Positions 24,712 to 33,692 of a stretch of DNA of 64,000 nucleotides are shown here, in pieces. Position numbers and translations under genes: made by a program. Location: contig JAFZRE010000001.1 in NCBI GenBank assembly GCA_017620015.1, forward strand, positions 35,968-99,967, written 5' to 3'. The stretch is from Bacteroidales bacterium. Lineage in GTDB: Bacteria; Bacteroidota; Bacteroidia; Bacteroidales; ML635J-15. The notes under the pieces are model-generated. The model saw only the letters and a program-made list of their open reading frames with translations. It ran no database searches and was not told the DNA's origin. How positions within the stretch are numbered: position 1 is the stretch's first letter; each line of letters begins with the position of its first letter.

Positions 24712-26997
24712 TTAGAATCTACGTACTAAAACATAATTCAACAGAGCAGTCTTCGCTGTTGCCTGACGGTTATACGACGAGCCTGTACCATACGAAACTA
24801 TGAAGGCGATTGCATTTCCTGCATCCTGCTCATCGGAAGTCCAGAAACCATCCCGTGAAGAATATAAATCTTCATCATAGGTTATAATTTGCTGCATTTC
24901 TACACTTGTAGGCAAATACCAATCGTTCTTTCCGCCCTGAGTTGACTGATAGCATTTCAAAGCAGCATACTCTTCAGAGAATCCGATGCTATTGTGGTAG
25001 CTAACAATTGCCTCGGTATTTGTCCTACCCGAAACAGTAATTGAACTTGGAGCATCGGTATTCAATGCCAAACCGCTTGTTGACCCCCAGATTGCGGAAT
25101 CACCTTCCTCCTGATCTGCACCAGCTTCTCCTGGTATGAAATATTCAAGGGCAAATCCATTTTCATCGTCGGCATAGAATATTTTACCGCCGCCAGGACC
25201 AAAGTCTCCCAAATTAAGTGTCTCGGCAGTCATTTCTTCAGTACTGATATACTCATCAACAACCTTTATATAAGCCCAGTACCTATAATTTGTTCCCTTA
25301 CGCAAATTATTAAGGACAAACTCCTCGGTTCCACTTGACGATGAATACTTCTTTACAGTATCGTATGTCGGATTGTTATCGCCAACTACAGAATATATAA
25401 TACCACATTCGCAATCGCTTCTGCCGTTTGCATCAACATAGCACGAAATAGTCAACGAATGTGTAGTTTTAGCCGACTCGTCGAGCTGCAACGATGATAC
25501 ACTAGGTACATTTTCTGGAACAACTGATACACCAGTCGAAAGTTCACCGTAAGCCTCGTAACCTGTAGTTGTAAGAGCGTATGCTGCATAATACATAGTC
25601 TTTTCAACTATCGGCAGGTTCACCCTCGAAGAGAATCGTCCAGACATCTGCGCACCAGTTGACTTACCATTAAGTTCAGATACGCTCGATGGAGCCTGGC
25701 CTCTATCATAGAATCCGTAAACAAAGCCAACTTCGGAGAACTCGTATCCAGCATCATTGATAATGCTACCCTGCAAATCAATGTACGCACTGGTCAATGT
25801 TTCAGAAATCTGCTCCGACTGAAGCCTGATGTTCTCAGGATTCTGCGGAATAGCAAACATTCTGACAGCACCATAGTAAGGCTGTTCGCGGAATGTAGCG
25901 TATGCACGGAATACATAGGTTTCGCCTTCCTGCAAGCCATAAACACTAGACGAGAATACTATAATATTATTATCGTTTGGTGAAACTTCGGATGCCGGAT
26001 AAGTGAACGAATTGTTGCGATAGTAATCAAGTTTTGAAGAATTTGCAACATAATTATTATATGTATCGAATACAAACCCCATCTCGGTTACGCTGTCTGG
26101 CGAATTACCGTCGAGCAGAACAACACGGCCAGCAACGTCAACGCCATCCATTGTAACATTGTCGGCATCGTTGGTAACAACACTAATGTCATGTGCAACA
26201 TTATTGTTAGTAGAGAACTCAACAACGCGACTGTAACACCAGTTCATCGAAGAATCAGACTCCGTGAAAGCGAATGCCCTCATGCAGTATGCGGTATTCT
26301 GTTCAAGTCCTCTCAAAACTACCGAGAACTTTGATATTTCAGCATCACCATTATCGTTATCGCCACCATAGTAATACTCGATAATCCAGTCTTCGCTACC
26401 AGTTTCATTTTCAAACATAAAGTTGTCTGCCGACTGATATGTATCGTAAACCGACTTCCTGACAAGCATAACGCCAGCTTCACGAATCGGCATAGTTCCA
26501 ACATTCTCAAGAACTTCGCCGTATGCAACTACATAATTGCCAAAAATTTCATCCTCGCGGGGCTTGTATATTGCAATTCTGGAACTTCCTGCCCTCAATA
26601 CTATTTCGACAGAAAGCATTTCCATATCGTCCGAATACATCATCGGAGCCGATTCACCAGTAACTATAAAGCCGTCAATTTCAGCTTCAATTATAATACG
26701 GAACTCCATATCCTTGCGCACATAGATAATGTCGCCATCGGATATATCATTGGTATAAAAACCGCTGTCATTAGGATCGGAAAACAGGCAATTATAAACT
26801 ACCTCCTCTTCTCCATAAACCACCTTAACCGTAGCATAAAATGAATCTACGGCTCCCTTGTTCTGGGTCTTGTATCCTTTCTTAAGTTCAAGTCTCAAAA
26901 ATCCCACATTTCCCAAATCCAGGGGATCCTTATGACATCCATTGATGAATGCCAACGACAAAACGAATACAATTATTAGAAATAAACTCCTCTTCAT
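24712..26997 (-). CDS. 761-aa surface lipoprotein with about 5 Ig/FN3-like repeats and a C-terminal DUF1566-like (Lcl C-terminal, C-type-lectin-like) domain
   Basis: Lipobox FINGC. Repeats with an ...E.GFV.......Y..RAYA... pattern. The C-terminus reads GPGGGKIFY...WYLPTSVEMQQI...FWTSDE...VLVRRF. Confidence 0.65.
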   Translation of the reverse strand: MKRSLFLIIVFVLSLAFINGCHKDPLDLGNVGFLRLELKKGYKTQNKGAVDSFYATVKVVYGEEEVVYNCLFSDPNDSGFYTNDISDGDIIYVRKDMEFRIIIEAEIDGFIVTGESAPMMYSDDMEMLSVEIVLRAGSSRIAIYKPREDEIFGNYVVAYGEVLENVGTMPIREAGVMLVRKSVYDTYQSADNFMFENETGSEDWIIEYYYGGDNDNGDAEISKFSVVLRGLEQNTAYCMRAFAFTESDSSMNWCYSRVVEFSTNNNVAHDISVVTNDADNVTMDGVDVAGRVVLLDGNSPDSVTEMGFVFDTYNNYVANSSKLDYYRNNSFTYPASEVSPNDNNIIVFSSSVYGLQEGETYVFRAYATFREQPYYGAVRMFAIPQNPENIRLQSEQISETLTSAYIDLQGSIINDAGYEFSEVGFVYGFYDRGQAPSSVSELNGKSTGAQMSGRFSSRVNLPIVEKTMYYAAYALTTTGYEAYGELSTGVSVVPENVPSVSSLQLDESAKTTHSLTISCYVDANGRSDCECGIIYSVVGDNNPTYDTVKKYSSSSGTEEFVLNNLRKGTNYRYWAYIKVVDEYISTEEMTAETLNLGDFGPGGGKIFYADDENGFALEYFIPGEAGADQEEGDSAIWGSTSGLALNTDAPSSITVSGRTNTEAIVSYHNSIGFSEEYAALKCYQSTQGGKNDWYLPTSVEMQQIITYDEDLYSSRDGFWTSDEQDAGNAIAFIVSYGTGSSYNRQATAKTALLNYVLVRRF

Positions 26998-27000
26998 ATC

Positions 27001-28074
27001 TTAGAATATTTTCTTTGACAACTTTATATAAAAATTAAACTTCTGACTATCCTTAATGTTCTGATTTTCAGTCTTAACATACACCGGCTGAGCAACCACG
27101 CACATAAGGTCGATACCCCAGTACGAGAATGCTATAGCAGCCCTGACATCAATTGATGTATATGCCTGGTTCGACTTTGAAGTCGGAAACTCGTTGACAC
27201 CATCATTCCAAGAATAGGTATGCTTATGGTATATAGTACCAGCAGAACTGTTCATTACTGCAAAACCAGCGTGCAATGACATCCAGCTCATCACAGGATA
27301 GTCGAACGAAGTATTGCACGAAAGGAAGTTTCCGTTAGAAGTAACATAATTAATGTTTTCCTGTCCGGTCTGCAACACATTGGCTTCGTCGTAATAAGGA
27401 ACCGACATTGTAAGGTCACGCTTGCATTTTCCACTCAGACGGTACGAAATGTTGTTGTATATTCTGAAATATGCGTGTCTGTACTGGAACGAATTCGAGA
27501 AAATGTAGTCGAAACTACCGGTACCCATAGGAACAATATATCCCTTTACCGTACGGTTCTTGTTTCCTGTCGGGAACGATGTGGTAAAAGATATGCAATC
27601 GTATATTTGCGGATACTGGAACTTGTACGACACCTCGGCTGTGATGTCACCAAGACCACCATATGCTGCCACATATCCCTTAGGGAATGCAGGTGTTGGC
27701 GAATACTTTGCCTTCTTCTGGATATAGAAAGGAATTGCGACAGAAAAACTAAAACCTTTATAACCAACTGACAGCGGCACATTCAAATACTTGCTCATCG
27801 AGCTAAATCCTACTTCTGCCGAAATTCCATACTGGAAATCCTTATCAGACGGAGTAAAATTGTTGTCCGTTTCGGCATTACCAGGAACGTTGATACCGTT
27901 TCCGTTAACCAACGGGTCGTCATAATTTGTAGGATTATCCTGCAAAGTTTCCACATTTTCTGGGTATACAACCAACCCACCTATATTCTGTGCTTTGGCG
28001 ACAAATACTGATACACAGCCTATTAAAAGGCTTATCGCCATAATTCTAAATGAGTTTCCGATAAAATCTCTCAT
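27001..28074 (-). CDS. outer-membrane beta-barrel channel (MetA-pathway/transporter-like family)
   Basis: Signal peptide, GGLGD and PMGTGSFD motifs, C-terminal aromatic residue. Its stop is 3 nt before the start of the downstream lipoprotein gene. Confidence 0.55.
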   Translation of the reverse strand: MRDFIGNSFRIMAISLLIGCVSVFVAKAQNIGGLVVYPENVETLQDNPTNYDDPLVNGNGINVPGNAETDNNFTPSDKDFQYGISAEVGFSSMSKYLNVPLSVGYKGFSFSVAIPFYIQKKAKYSPTPAFPKGYVAAYGGLGDITAEVSYKFQYPQIYDCISFTTSFPTGNKNRTVKGYIVPMGTGSFDYIFSNSFQYRHAYFRIYNNISYRLSGKCKRDLTMSVPYYDEANVLQTGQENINYVTSNGNFLSCNTSFDYPVMSWMSLHAGFAVMNSSAGTIYHKHTYSWNDGVNEFPTSKSNQAYTSIDVRAAIAFSYWGIDLMCVVAQPVYVKTENQNIKDSQKFNFYIKLSKKIF

Positions 28075-28097
28075 ACTTTACTATATTATACAAAATG

Positions 28098-28105
28098 CAA
28101 AGGTA
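28098..28105 (-). promoter_or_regulatory. -7 box TACCTTTG upstream of the OM-channel/DUF1566 lipoprotein operon
   Basis: Matches TAnnTTTG on the minus strand, 24 nt before ATG 28074. Confidence 0.5.
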
Positions 28106-28154
28106 ATCAAAAAAATTGATTGGCACGTTTTTATATAGAAAAAAGTTTTTATAT

Positions 28155-28210
28155 GGTTTCAATGGCTGTCGCCGTTTATAAGTTCAATGTTCAACAGTTT
28201 AAAGTTCTAG
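28155..28210. repeat. ATGGCTGTCGCCGTTT mini-hairpin followed by GTTCAA/GTTTAAAG words
   Basis: ggtttcaatggctgtcgccgtttataagttcaatgttcaacagtttaaagttctag. Confidence 0.75.
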
Positions 28211-28233
28211 GGGTTGTATGCTTCGCACATTTT

Positions 28234-28262
28234 GTAGAAGCCGCAAAATTTTGCTGCTGTAC
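28234..28262. repeat. degenerate GTAG-headed palindrome
   Basis: gtagaagccgcaaaattttgctgctgtac: the same architecture with 2-3 mismatches. Confidence 0.5.
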
Positions 28263-28310
28263 AAACAAATAATTATATGTATGCGTTGAATTTTAGATGA
28301 TTTGATGACT

Positions 28311-28410
28311 ACTAGCAGTCAGTCTGCAAGACCGTTAGACTGCTAGACTGTGAGACTTTTAGCCTTCAAGCCTGTTAGCCTTTTGGCCTTCTAGACTGTC
28401 AGCCTTCTTA
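28311..28410. repeat. period-8 word array (TAGCAGTC AGTCTGCA AGACCGTT AGACTGCT AGACTGTG AGACTTTT AGCCTTCA AGCCTGTT AGCCTTTT GGCCTTCT AGACTGTC AGCCTTCT) running into the ispF stop codon
   Basis: Read directly. The ispF stop (28391..28393) and its last approximately 6 codons lie inside the array. Confidence 0.8.
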
Positions 28411-28873
28411 TCATCGCTACCGCCTGTGCGCTTATTCCCTCTTCCCTACCTTCGAATCCAAGTCCTTCGGTCGTAGTTGCCTTTACTGAAACCTGTGAAT
28501 CATCAATTCCGAGAACCAAAGCAAGAGTTTTTTGCATTTCTGGTATATAATCCTTCACCTTTGGCTTCTGCAATGAAATCACCGAATCAATATTCACTAT
28601 CTCGTAACCTTTTTCCTTTACAAGATTGTATGTTTCCTTTAACAATTTCTTGCTGTCGATACCCTTGTATTTCGGGTCGCTGTCGGGAAAATGATATCCT
28701 ATGTCGCGCAAGTTTGCAGCACCGAGCAGAGCATCGCAAATGGCATGTATGAGCACATCGCCGTCGGAATGCGCCACACATCCCCTATTACAAGGAATTT
28801 GGATTCCTCCAAGAAAGAAATCCAAACCATCCTTTAATTTATGTACATCGTAACCTATTCCTATCCTGTACAT
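28391..28873 (-). CDS. ispF: 2-C-methyl-D-erythritol 2,4-cyclodiphosphate synthase
   Basis: IGIGYDVHKL..., AHSDGDVLIHAICDALLGA and a GFEGREEGI-type C-terminus. Confidence 0.95.
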   Translation of the reverse strand: MYRIGIGYDVHKLKDGLDFFLGGIQIPCNRGCVAHSDGDVLIHAICDALLGAANLRDIGYHFPDSDPKYKGIDSKKLLKETYNLVKEKGYEIVNIDSVISLQKPKVKDYIPEMQKTLALVLGIDDSQVSVKATTTEGLGFEGREEGISAQAVAMIRRLTV

Positions 28874-30186
28874 TATGCTTTTCTTGCTTCTCTTTCAGCC
28901 TTCTTTGCATCACGCTGTTCCTTTGCCATTCCGCCAAAGTCGAATGTAAGCGTGAATCTTAAGGTATTCATCAATGGACTTTGCCTTCCACCTGTTGGAA
29001 TCAAATATGCGAAATCAAGTCCGAAAACATTGAGTCTCAAACCAGCTCCAACGGTAAAATACTTGCGGTTGCCCTTGTATGCATGTTCGTGGAAATATCC
29101 CATTCTAACTGCGAATTGCTTCGAATAACAATATTCCAAACCGAGCGACAAAGTAATTTCTGCCAGTTCCTCACGGAAACGCGATGGCTTTCCATTATGT
29201 ACAAAAGGTGTTGCATCGCCCGGAGCATCCCACCATGAAGTGAACAAAGCTGCTGGAACAGAGACGTTCGGATCCCTACCGTACTTTATCGACTGATTTC
29301 CTGCTGTTACAGTATCGCCGCTAGGCAAAACTTCGCCAACCTGATAATATGTAGGTGACGATGGAACAAGCAACTTGTTGAAATCGCATGTGAAAAGCAA
29401 GTCGTTATGCTCGTCGAAGCTAAGCATATAGCCGACGCCAGTACGGAAATTTGTCGGGATAAAGTCGCGTTTTTCGTTCGATGTGTACGAAATCTTAGAA
29501 CCGATGTTCGAGATGTTCAAGCCCCACATAACAGACGACTTCATGTTTCCTGTCATAATTTCATCGTTCTTGTAGTAGAATGAAACATCGGCAGCTACCG
29601 AAGTACCAGCCTTGGATGTAACGCCATTGCCTACGCTCTGTCCACCAGTAAGGTTGCTATATATAAACCTCATGGCAACCGAACCAGAGAAGTTCTTTGC
29701 AAGCAAACGTGCATACGATATGTCCAAAGAAAACTCACGCGGACGGAAATTCATAATTACATTATTGAATTCATCCCTGAAAGTCATGCCACCCAAGTCG
29801 AAATACAGCAATGATGCACCTATTGCATTCTGAGCATTGAACTTATAGTAGCCCGACAGATACGCAAGATTCATATCGGAAACCAACTTACGCAACCAAG
29901 GCGTATATGATATGGATACACCGAAATCGTTGTCTATAAAAACATATTTCGAAGGATTCCAATGCTGTGAGTTTCCATCGGGAGTTGTTGCAACACCTGC
30001 ATCACCCAATGCGCCAGCCCTTGTGTCTGGAGCAATAGTCAAAAACGATACTGCTGTTGAAATCGTATTCGGAGCATCACGACCAATAACATCATCTTCA
30101 GGATTTATTCCACTATTTGACTGTGAATATCCACATATACTTGCAAATAAAAGTATTGCGATTACAAATGAAATTCTTTTTGTCAT
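28873..30186 (-). CDS. porV: type IX secretion system outer-membrane protein PorV (LptO) homologue
   Basis: TAVSFLTIAPDTRAGALGDAGVATTPDGNSQHWNPSK matches my recollection of the PorV N-terminal signature, and the rest has FadL-like barrel periodicity. Start moved to ATG 30186 (MTKRISF...). It carries an unusual K/E/A-rich C-terminal tail. Confidence 0.7.
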   Translation of the reverse strand: MTKRISFVIAILLFASICGYSQSNSGINPEDDVIGRDAPNTISTAVSFLTIAPDTRAGALGDAGVATTPDGNSQHWNPSKYVFIDNDFGVSISYTPWLRKLVSDMNLAYLSGYYKFNAQNAIGASLLYFDLGGMTFRDEFNNVIMNFRPREFSLDISYARLLAKNFSGSVAMRFIYSNLTGGQSVGNGVTSKAGTSVAADVSFYYKNDEIMTGNMKSSVMWGLNISNIGSKISYTSNEKRDFIPTNFRTGVGYMLSFDEHNDLLFTCDFNKLLVPSSPTYYQVGEVLPSGDTVTAGNQSIKYGRDPNVSVPAALFTSWWDAPGDATPFVHNGKPSRFREELAEITLSLGLEYCYSKQFAVRMGYFHEHAYKGNRKYFTVGAGLRLNVFGLDFAYLIPTGGRQSPLMNTLRFTLTFDFGGMAKEQRDAKKAEREARKA

Positions 30187-30221
30187 GTTAAAATATTTTG
30201 GCTGCAAAAATACATAAAATT

Positions 30222-30276
30222 AAAACTCTCATAAAACGCAACAATGTTTTTTTTATTGCAACGCTATGAGAGTTTT
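30222..30276 (-). terminator. long hairpin downstream of dnaJ (possible terminator)
   Basis: 12-bp arms AAAACTCTCATA / TATGAGAGTTTT with an AT-rich loop and a U-rich 3' side on the minus strand. Confidence 0.5.
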
Positions 30277-30319
30277 TAACAAATATAAGACCAAATAGTA
30301 ATTATATTATACAAATTTA

Positions 30320-31489
30320 CTAATTCATTCCACGAAACATATTTTTCAATTTGGTGAAAAATGACTCGTTTCGCTTGCTTTGCGGGTTGAAGGACTCGGA
30401 TTCTCGCATCTGTTCGAGCAATTTCTTGTCATCTTTTGACACATCGTTTGGTATGAAAACGTTAATTCTTACCAGCAAATCACCATGTCCGTAGCCATTG
30501 ATGTCGGGCAACCCCTTGCCTTTAAGACGCAAAATCTTGCCAGACTGCGTTCCCGGTTCAACTTTTATCTTAACCTTGCTACCAATGGTAGGAATTTCGG
30601 CACTGCACCCCAAAATTGCATCGGGAATACCTATATATAAATTATAAATAAGGTCGATTCCGTCACGCTTGAGTTCCGGATGCTCTACTTCCTGGATTGC
30701 TATCAGCAAATCACCGTTTACGCCACCATGACGGGCAGCATTACCCTTGCCGTCCATCGAAAGCTGCATTCCTTCGTAAACACCTGCAGGAATCTTAAGT
30801 TCAATCGTTTCCTCACCAGAAACAATTCCCTCGCCATAGCACGAAGTACACTTATCCTTTATTACTTTACCAGAACCACCGCAGGTCGAACAAGTTGAGC
30901 TTGTCTGCATCTGGCCGAGCATGGTATGCATAACTCGCGTCTGTACGCCACGACCGTTGCATGTCGGACAGGTAGAACTAGAATTGCCATCCTTCTCGCC
31001 AGTACCATGGCAAGCCGAACAAGGCACATATTTCTTGACCTTAATTTTCTTGGTAGTGCCATTAGCAATCTCCTCGAGCGTCAATTTTACAGTAACGCGC
31101 AAGTTAGTGCCACGATTGACGGGACGTCTTCCTCCGCCACGGTTTCCACCGCCACCGAAGAAACTGCTGAAACCACCGCCGAAAGCACCTTCGAACACAT
31201 CGCCGAAACGTGAGAATATGTCTTCCATAGAGAAGCCACCTGCACCGCCAAATCCACTAGCACCACCCATACCTGCATGACCAAACTGGTCATAACGGGC
31301 ACGCTTGTCGGGATTGCTAAGCACCTCGTAAGCTTCGGCAGCCTCCTTGAATTTCTCCTCGGCCTCCTTGTCGCCAGGATTCTTATCGGGGTGATACTGG
31401 ATAGCTTTCTTCCTGTATGCCTTTTTTATTTCTTCTGGGGTCGCATTCTTGGCGACCTCAAGCACTTCGTAATAATCTCTCTTTTCCAT
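30320..31489 (-). CDS. dnaJ: molecular chaperone DnaJ
   Basis: J domain with HPDKNPGD, a G/F-rich linker and four CxxCxGxG zinc-finger repeats. Confidence 0.95.
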   Translation of the reverse strand: MEKRDYYEVLEVAKNATPEEIKKAYRKKAIQYHPDKNPGDKEAEEKFKEAAEAYEVLSNPDKRARYDQFGHAGMGGASGFGGAGGFSMEDIFSRFGDVFEGAFGGGFSSFFGGGGNRGGGRRPVNRGTNLRVTVKLTLEEIANGTTKKIKVKKYVPCSACHGTGEKDGNSSSTCPTCNGRGVQTRVMHTMLGQMQTSSTCSTCGGSGKVIKDKCTSCYGEGIVSGEETIELKIPAGVYEGMQLSMDGKGNAARHGGVNGDLLIAIQEVEHPELKRDGIDLIYNLYIGIPDAILGCSAEIPTIGSKVKIKVEPGTQSGKILRLKGKGLPDINGYGHGDLLVRINVFIPNDVSKDDKKLLEQMRESESFNPQSKRNESFFTKLKNMFRGMN

Positions 31490-31500
31490 ATAAAAACCTC

Positions 31501-32145
31501 CTACTGACCAACGACAACCTTCGAATAGCGAACTACTTTGTCGTTAATCTTGTAGCCTTTCTGAATCACATCAATAACCTTTCCCTTCTTCGACTCGTCC
31601 TCAACAGGGAACTGCGTCACAGCCTCGTGAAAATCGGTGTTGAAATCCTCGCCCATAGCCTGAATTTCAGTCAACTCCTGCGACCTTAAATAATCCATAA
31701 ACTTCTGGTATATAAGTTTTACACCTTCCTTGGTGGCTTCGACATCGGCAGTTTCAAGATGTTCCATAGCGCGGTCAATGTCATCGATTACCGGTAGGAA
31801 ATCGTGAAGCATCGAAGCCTTTACGCTCTCGCGGAGTTCGAGTTTTTCCTTGGCAGTTCGCTTCTTGAAATTGCTGAACTCTGCCACCTGACGCATATAC
31901 TTGTCCTGAAGTTCTTCGAGCTTGCGGTTCGACTCTGCCAATTCGTCCTTCAATTTTCTGTCAGAAAATCCGAAACGCGACTTTTTCTTCTTGCCGTGTT
32001 CTGGTTCTGCCTCGGTTTTCTTTTCTTCGGCAACAGTCTCTTCAACTTTTGTCTCCGCAGTTTCTTCTACTTCAACATCTTTATTTTCAACATTTTCTGT
32101 TGCTTCTTCCATTTTCTTTTCTTCTTGTATGTTATCGTTTTCCAT
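31501..32145 (-). CDS. grpE: nucleotide exchange factor GrpE
   Basis: Acidic N-terminus, coiled coil ([18 protein letters not shown]) and C-terminal beta domain. It lies immediately upstream of dnaJ. Confidence 0.9.
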   Translation of the reverse strand: MENDNIQEEKKMEEATENVENKDVEVEETAETKVEETVAEEKKTEAEPEHGKKKKSRFGFSDRKLKDELAESNRKLEELQDKYMRQVAEFSNFKKRTAKEKLELRESVKASMLHDFLPVIDDIDRAMEHLETADVEATKEGVKLIYQKFMDYLRSQELTEIQAMGEDFNTDFHEAVTQFPVEDESKKGKVIDVIQKGYKINDKVVRYSKVVVGQ

Positions 32146-32264
32146 ATCGTATTAAATAAAATGACACTGCTTGATTTCAAAAATTCTGCCACACGACAAA
32201 ATATGACAAAATTGCAGTCATAAAGAAAGGAGAACTGCTTTCTACGACAAAACACAAAAACAAC

Positions 32265-32272
32265 TATATTTG
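32265..32272 (+). promoter_or_regulatory. -7 box TATATTTG upstream of the ThrE-family gene
   Basis: Matches TAnnTTTG, 29 nt before ATG 32301. Confidence 0.5.
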
Positions 32273-32300
32273 CACCCACAAATCTGATTTGCTAAGAAAA

Positions 32301-33563
32301 ATGGAAAACACTGATAGACAGCTATCTGAATCAGAAAAGAAACGTGTAATGGATGCCGCCTACGAAGCTGGAACCATCCTGCTTGAAAATGGAGCGGAAA
32401 TTTCCAACGTCGAAGAAACAATGTCGCGCATGGCATCACATTTCGGCATGGAAGACGAAAGTTTCTTCGTGCTGAGCAACGGCATTATGGCTACCGAAAA
32501 GAACTATGCCCGCTCCAAATATATTCCAATACTTGGCACCTGTCTGGAAAAAGTCGTGGAAGTCAACCAGTTGTCGCGCGACGTTGTAAACGGCAAATGC
32601 AACATCGACGAAGTAGAACGCAGACTGAAACAAATACGCGACATGAAGGCAAAGCCAGCAATCGAACAGATTTTAGGTTCGGCTGCAGGAAGTTCGGCAT
32701 TCTGCATAATATTCGGTGGCGGAATATTCGACAGTATAGCTGCATTCATATCTGGCACGCTTTTGTGGACATTTATGTATTTTGTCGGTTTCAGATATAT
32801 GTCGAGAATCATGGGCAACGTTATCGGCGGACTGTTTGCAGCCGGACTTTGCATCATAATGTACGACTTGGGACTAGGCACACACCTTAGCAATATGATT
32901 ATCGGCGCAATAATACCGCTTATCCCCGGAGTGCCGTTCACCAATGGTATCCGCGACCTTGCCAACGAAGACTACATTGCCGGTGTCACCCGTCTGCTCG
33001 ATGCACTGCTGGCATTCTTCTGCATTTCGCTTGGCGTAGCCATCGCCTTTATGATTGACGCGGGAATTAACGGCCAAATGCAACCGCTACATGAACTTAC
33101 CGCCGACCCCGACACATCGGGAATGGTCGTGCAACTGGCTTCGGCATTCATAGGCACATTGGCGTTTTCGATACTCTTCGGAGTGCCTCGCCGTCACTAC
33201 ATATATTGCGGACTTGCAGGAATGGTGGGCTGGCTACTTTACCTTCTGCTTATGTGGAACACCGAGATTTCACCCACAATCATAGTTTTCCTATCTACAG
33301 CACTTGTAACATTCGTTTCGATACTGATGTCAATTCTGCGGAAATGCCCAATCGCAGTATTCCTTATCTGCGGAATTTTCCCGCTTGTACCTGGTGCTGG
33401 CGTATTCTGGACAACCTACAACATCGTTGCAAACCATATTCCAGCAGCAATGAGCAGCGGTTTTATGGCAGTTAAAAACACGGTGGCAATTGCGTTCGGC
33501 ATCCTGATAATTAACGAATTGCACGGACTGACAGTCCTAAAACGAATTCTGAGAAGGAGATAA
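32301..33563 (+). CDS. threonine/serine exporter (ThrE) family membrane protein (DUF1212 plus DUF3815 halves)
   Basis: N-terminal soluble AGTILLENGAEISNVEETM motif followed by about 10 TM helices. Start set at ATG 32301. Confidence 0.8.
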   Translation: MENTDRQLSESEKKRVMDAAYEAGTILLENGAEISNVEETMSRMASHFGMEDESFFVLSNGIMATEKNYARSKYIPILGTCLEKVVEVNQLSRDVVNGKCNIDEVERRLKQIRDMKAKPAIEQILGSAAGSSAFCIIFGGGIFDSIAAFISGTLLWTFMYFVGFRYMSRIMGNVIGGLFAAGLCIIMYDLGLGTHLSNMIIGAIIPLIPGVPFTNGIRDLANEDYIAGVTRLLDALLAFFCISLGVAIAFMIDAGINGQMQPLHELTADPDTSGMVVQLASAFIGTLAFSILFGVPRRHYIYCGLAGMVGWLLYLLLMWNTEISPTIIVFLSTALVTFVSILMSILRKCPIAVFLICGIFPLVPGAGVFWTTYNIVANHIPAAMSSGFMAVKNTVAIAFGILIINELHGLTVLKRILRRR

Positions 33564-33610
33564 ATGGGACGAAATGGTTCGAAATGGTTTATGGTTGTTT
33601 TAATTTGTGA
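33564..33610. repeat. word array (G)AAATGG(G/T)(A/T)(C/T)
   Basis: aaatgggac gaaatggttc gaaatggttt atggttg. Confidence 0.65.
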
Positions 33611-33636
33611 GTAGTCGTTGCGCGCAACGACACTAC
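33611..33636. repeat. REP-like GTAG-headed palindrome
   Basis: gtaGTCGTTGCGCGCAACGACactac: a perfect 18-bp core palindrome, with GTAG/CTAC outer pairing possible through a 2-nt bulge. Confidence 0.8.
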
Positions 33637-33637
33637 A

Positions 33638-33692
33638 AATTATTCCATTATCAATTGTGCATTGTCAATTATTCATTGTTCATTGTCCATTG
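33638..33692. repeat. period-7 word array ATT(A/G)T(N)C, related to the 14-bp repeat at 1906..1985, running into the MATE stop codon
   Basis: attattcc attatca attgtgc attgtca attattc attgttc attgtcc attg. The MATE stop is at 33673..33675. Confidence 0.8.

Noticed and set aside
32146-32288. Heat-shock regulatory element (a CIRCE-like inverted repeat) upstream of grpE-dnaJ.
   Set aside because: No TTAGCACTC-N9-GAGTGCTAA-like inverted repeat is present. Only a weak CAATTTTG -7-like box was seen, too weak to annotate.
33576-33583. GGTTCGAA, resembling a tRNA T-loop.
   Set aside because: It is part of the AAATGGTTCGAAATGG word array, and no acceptor or anticodon arms can be drawn around it. I recognised no tRNA-like cloverleaf anywhere in the window.
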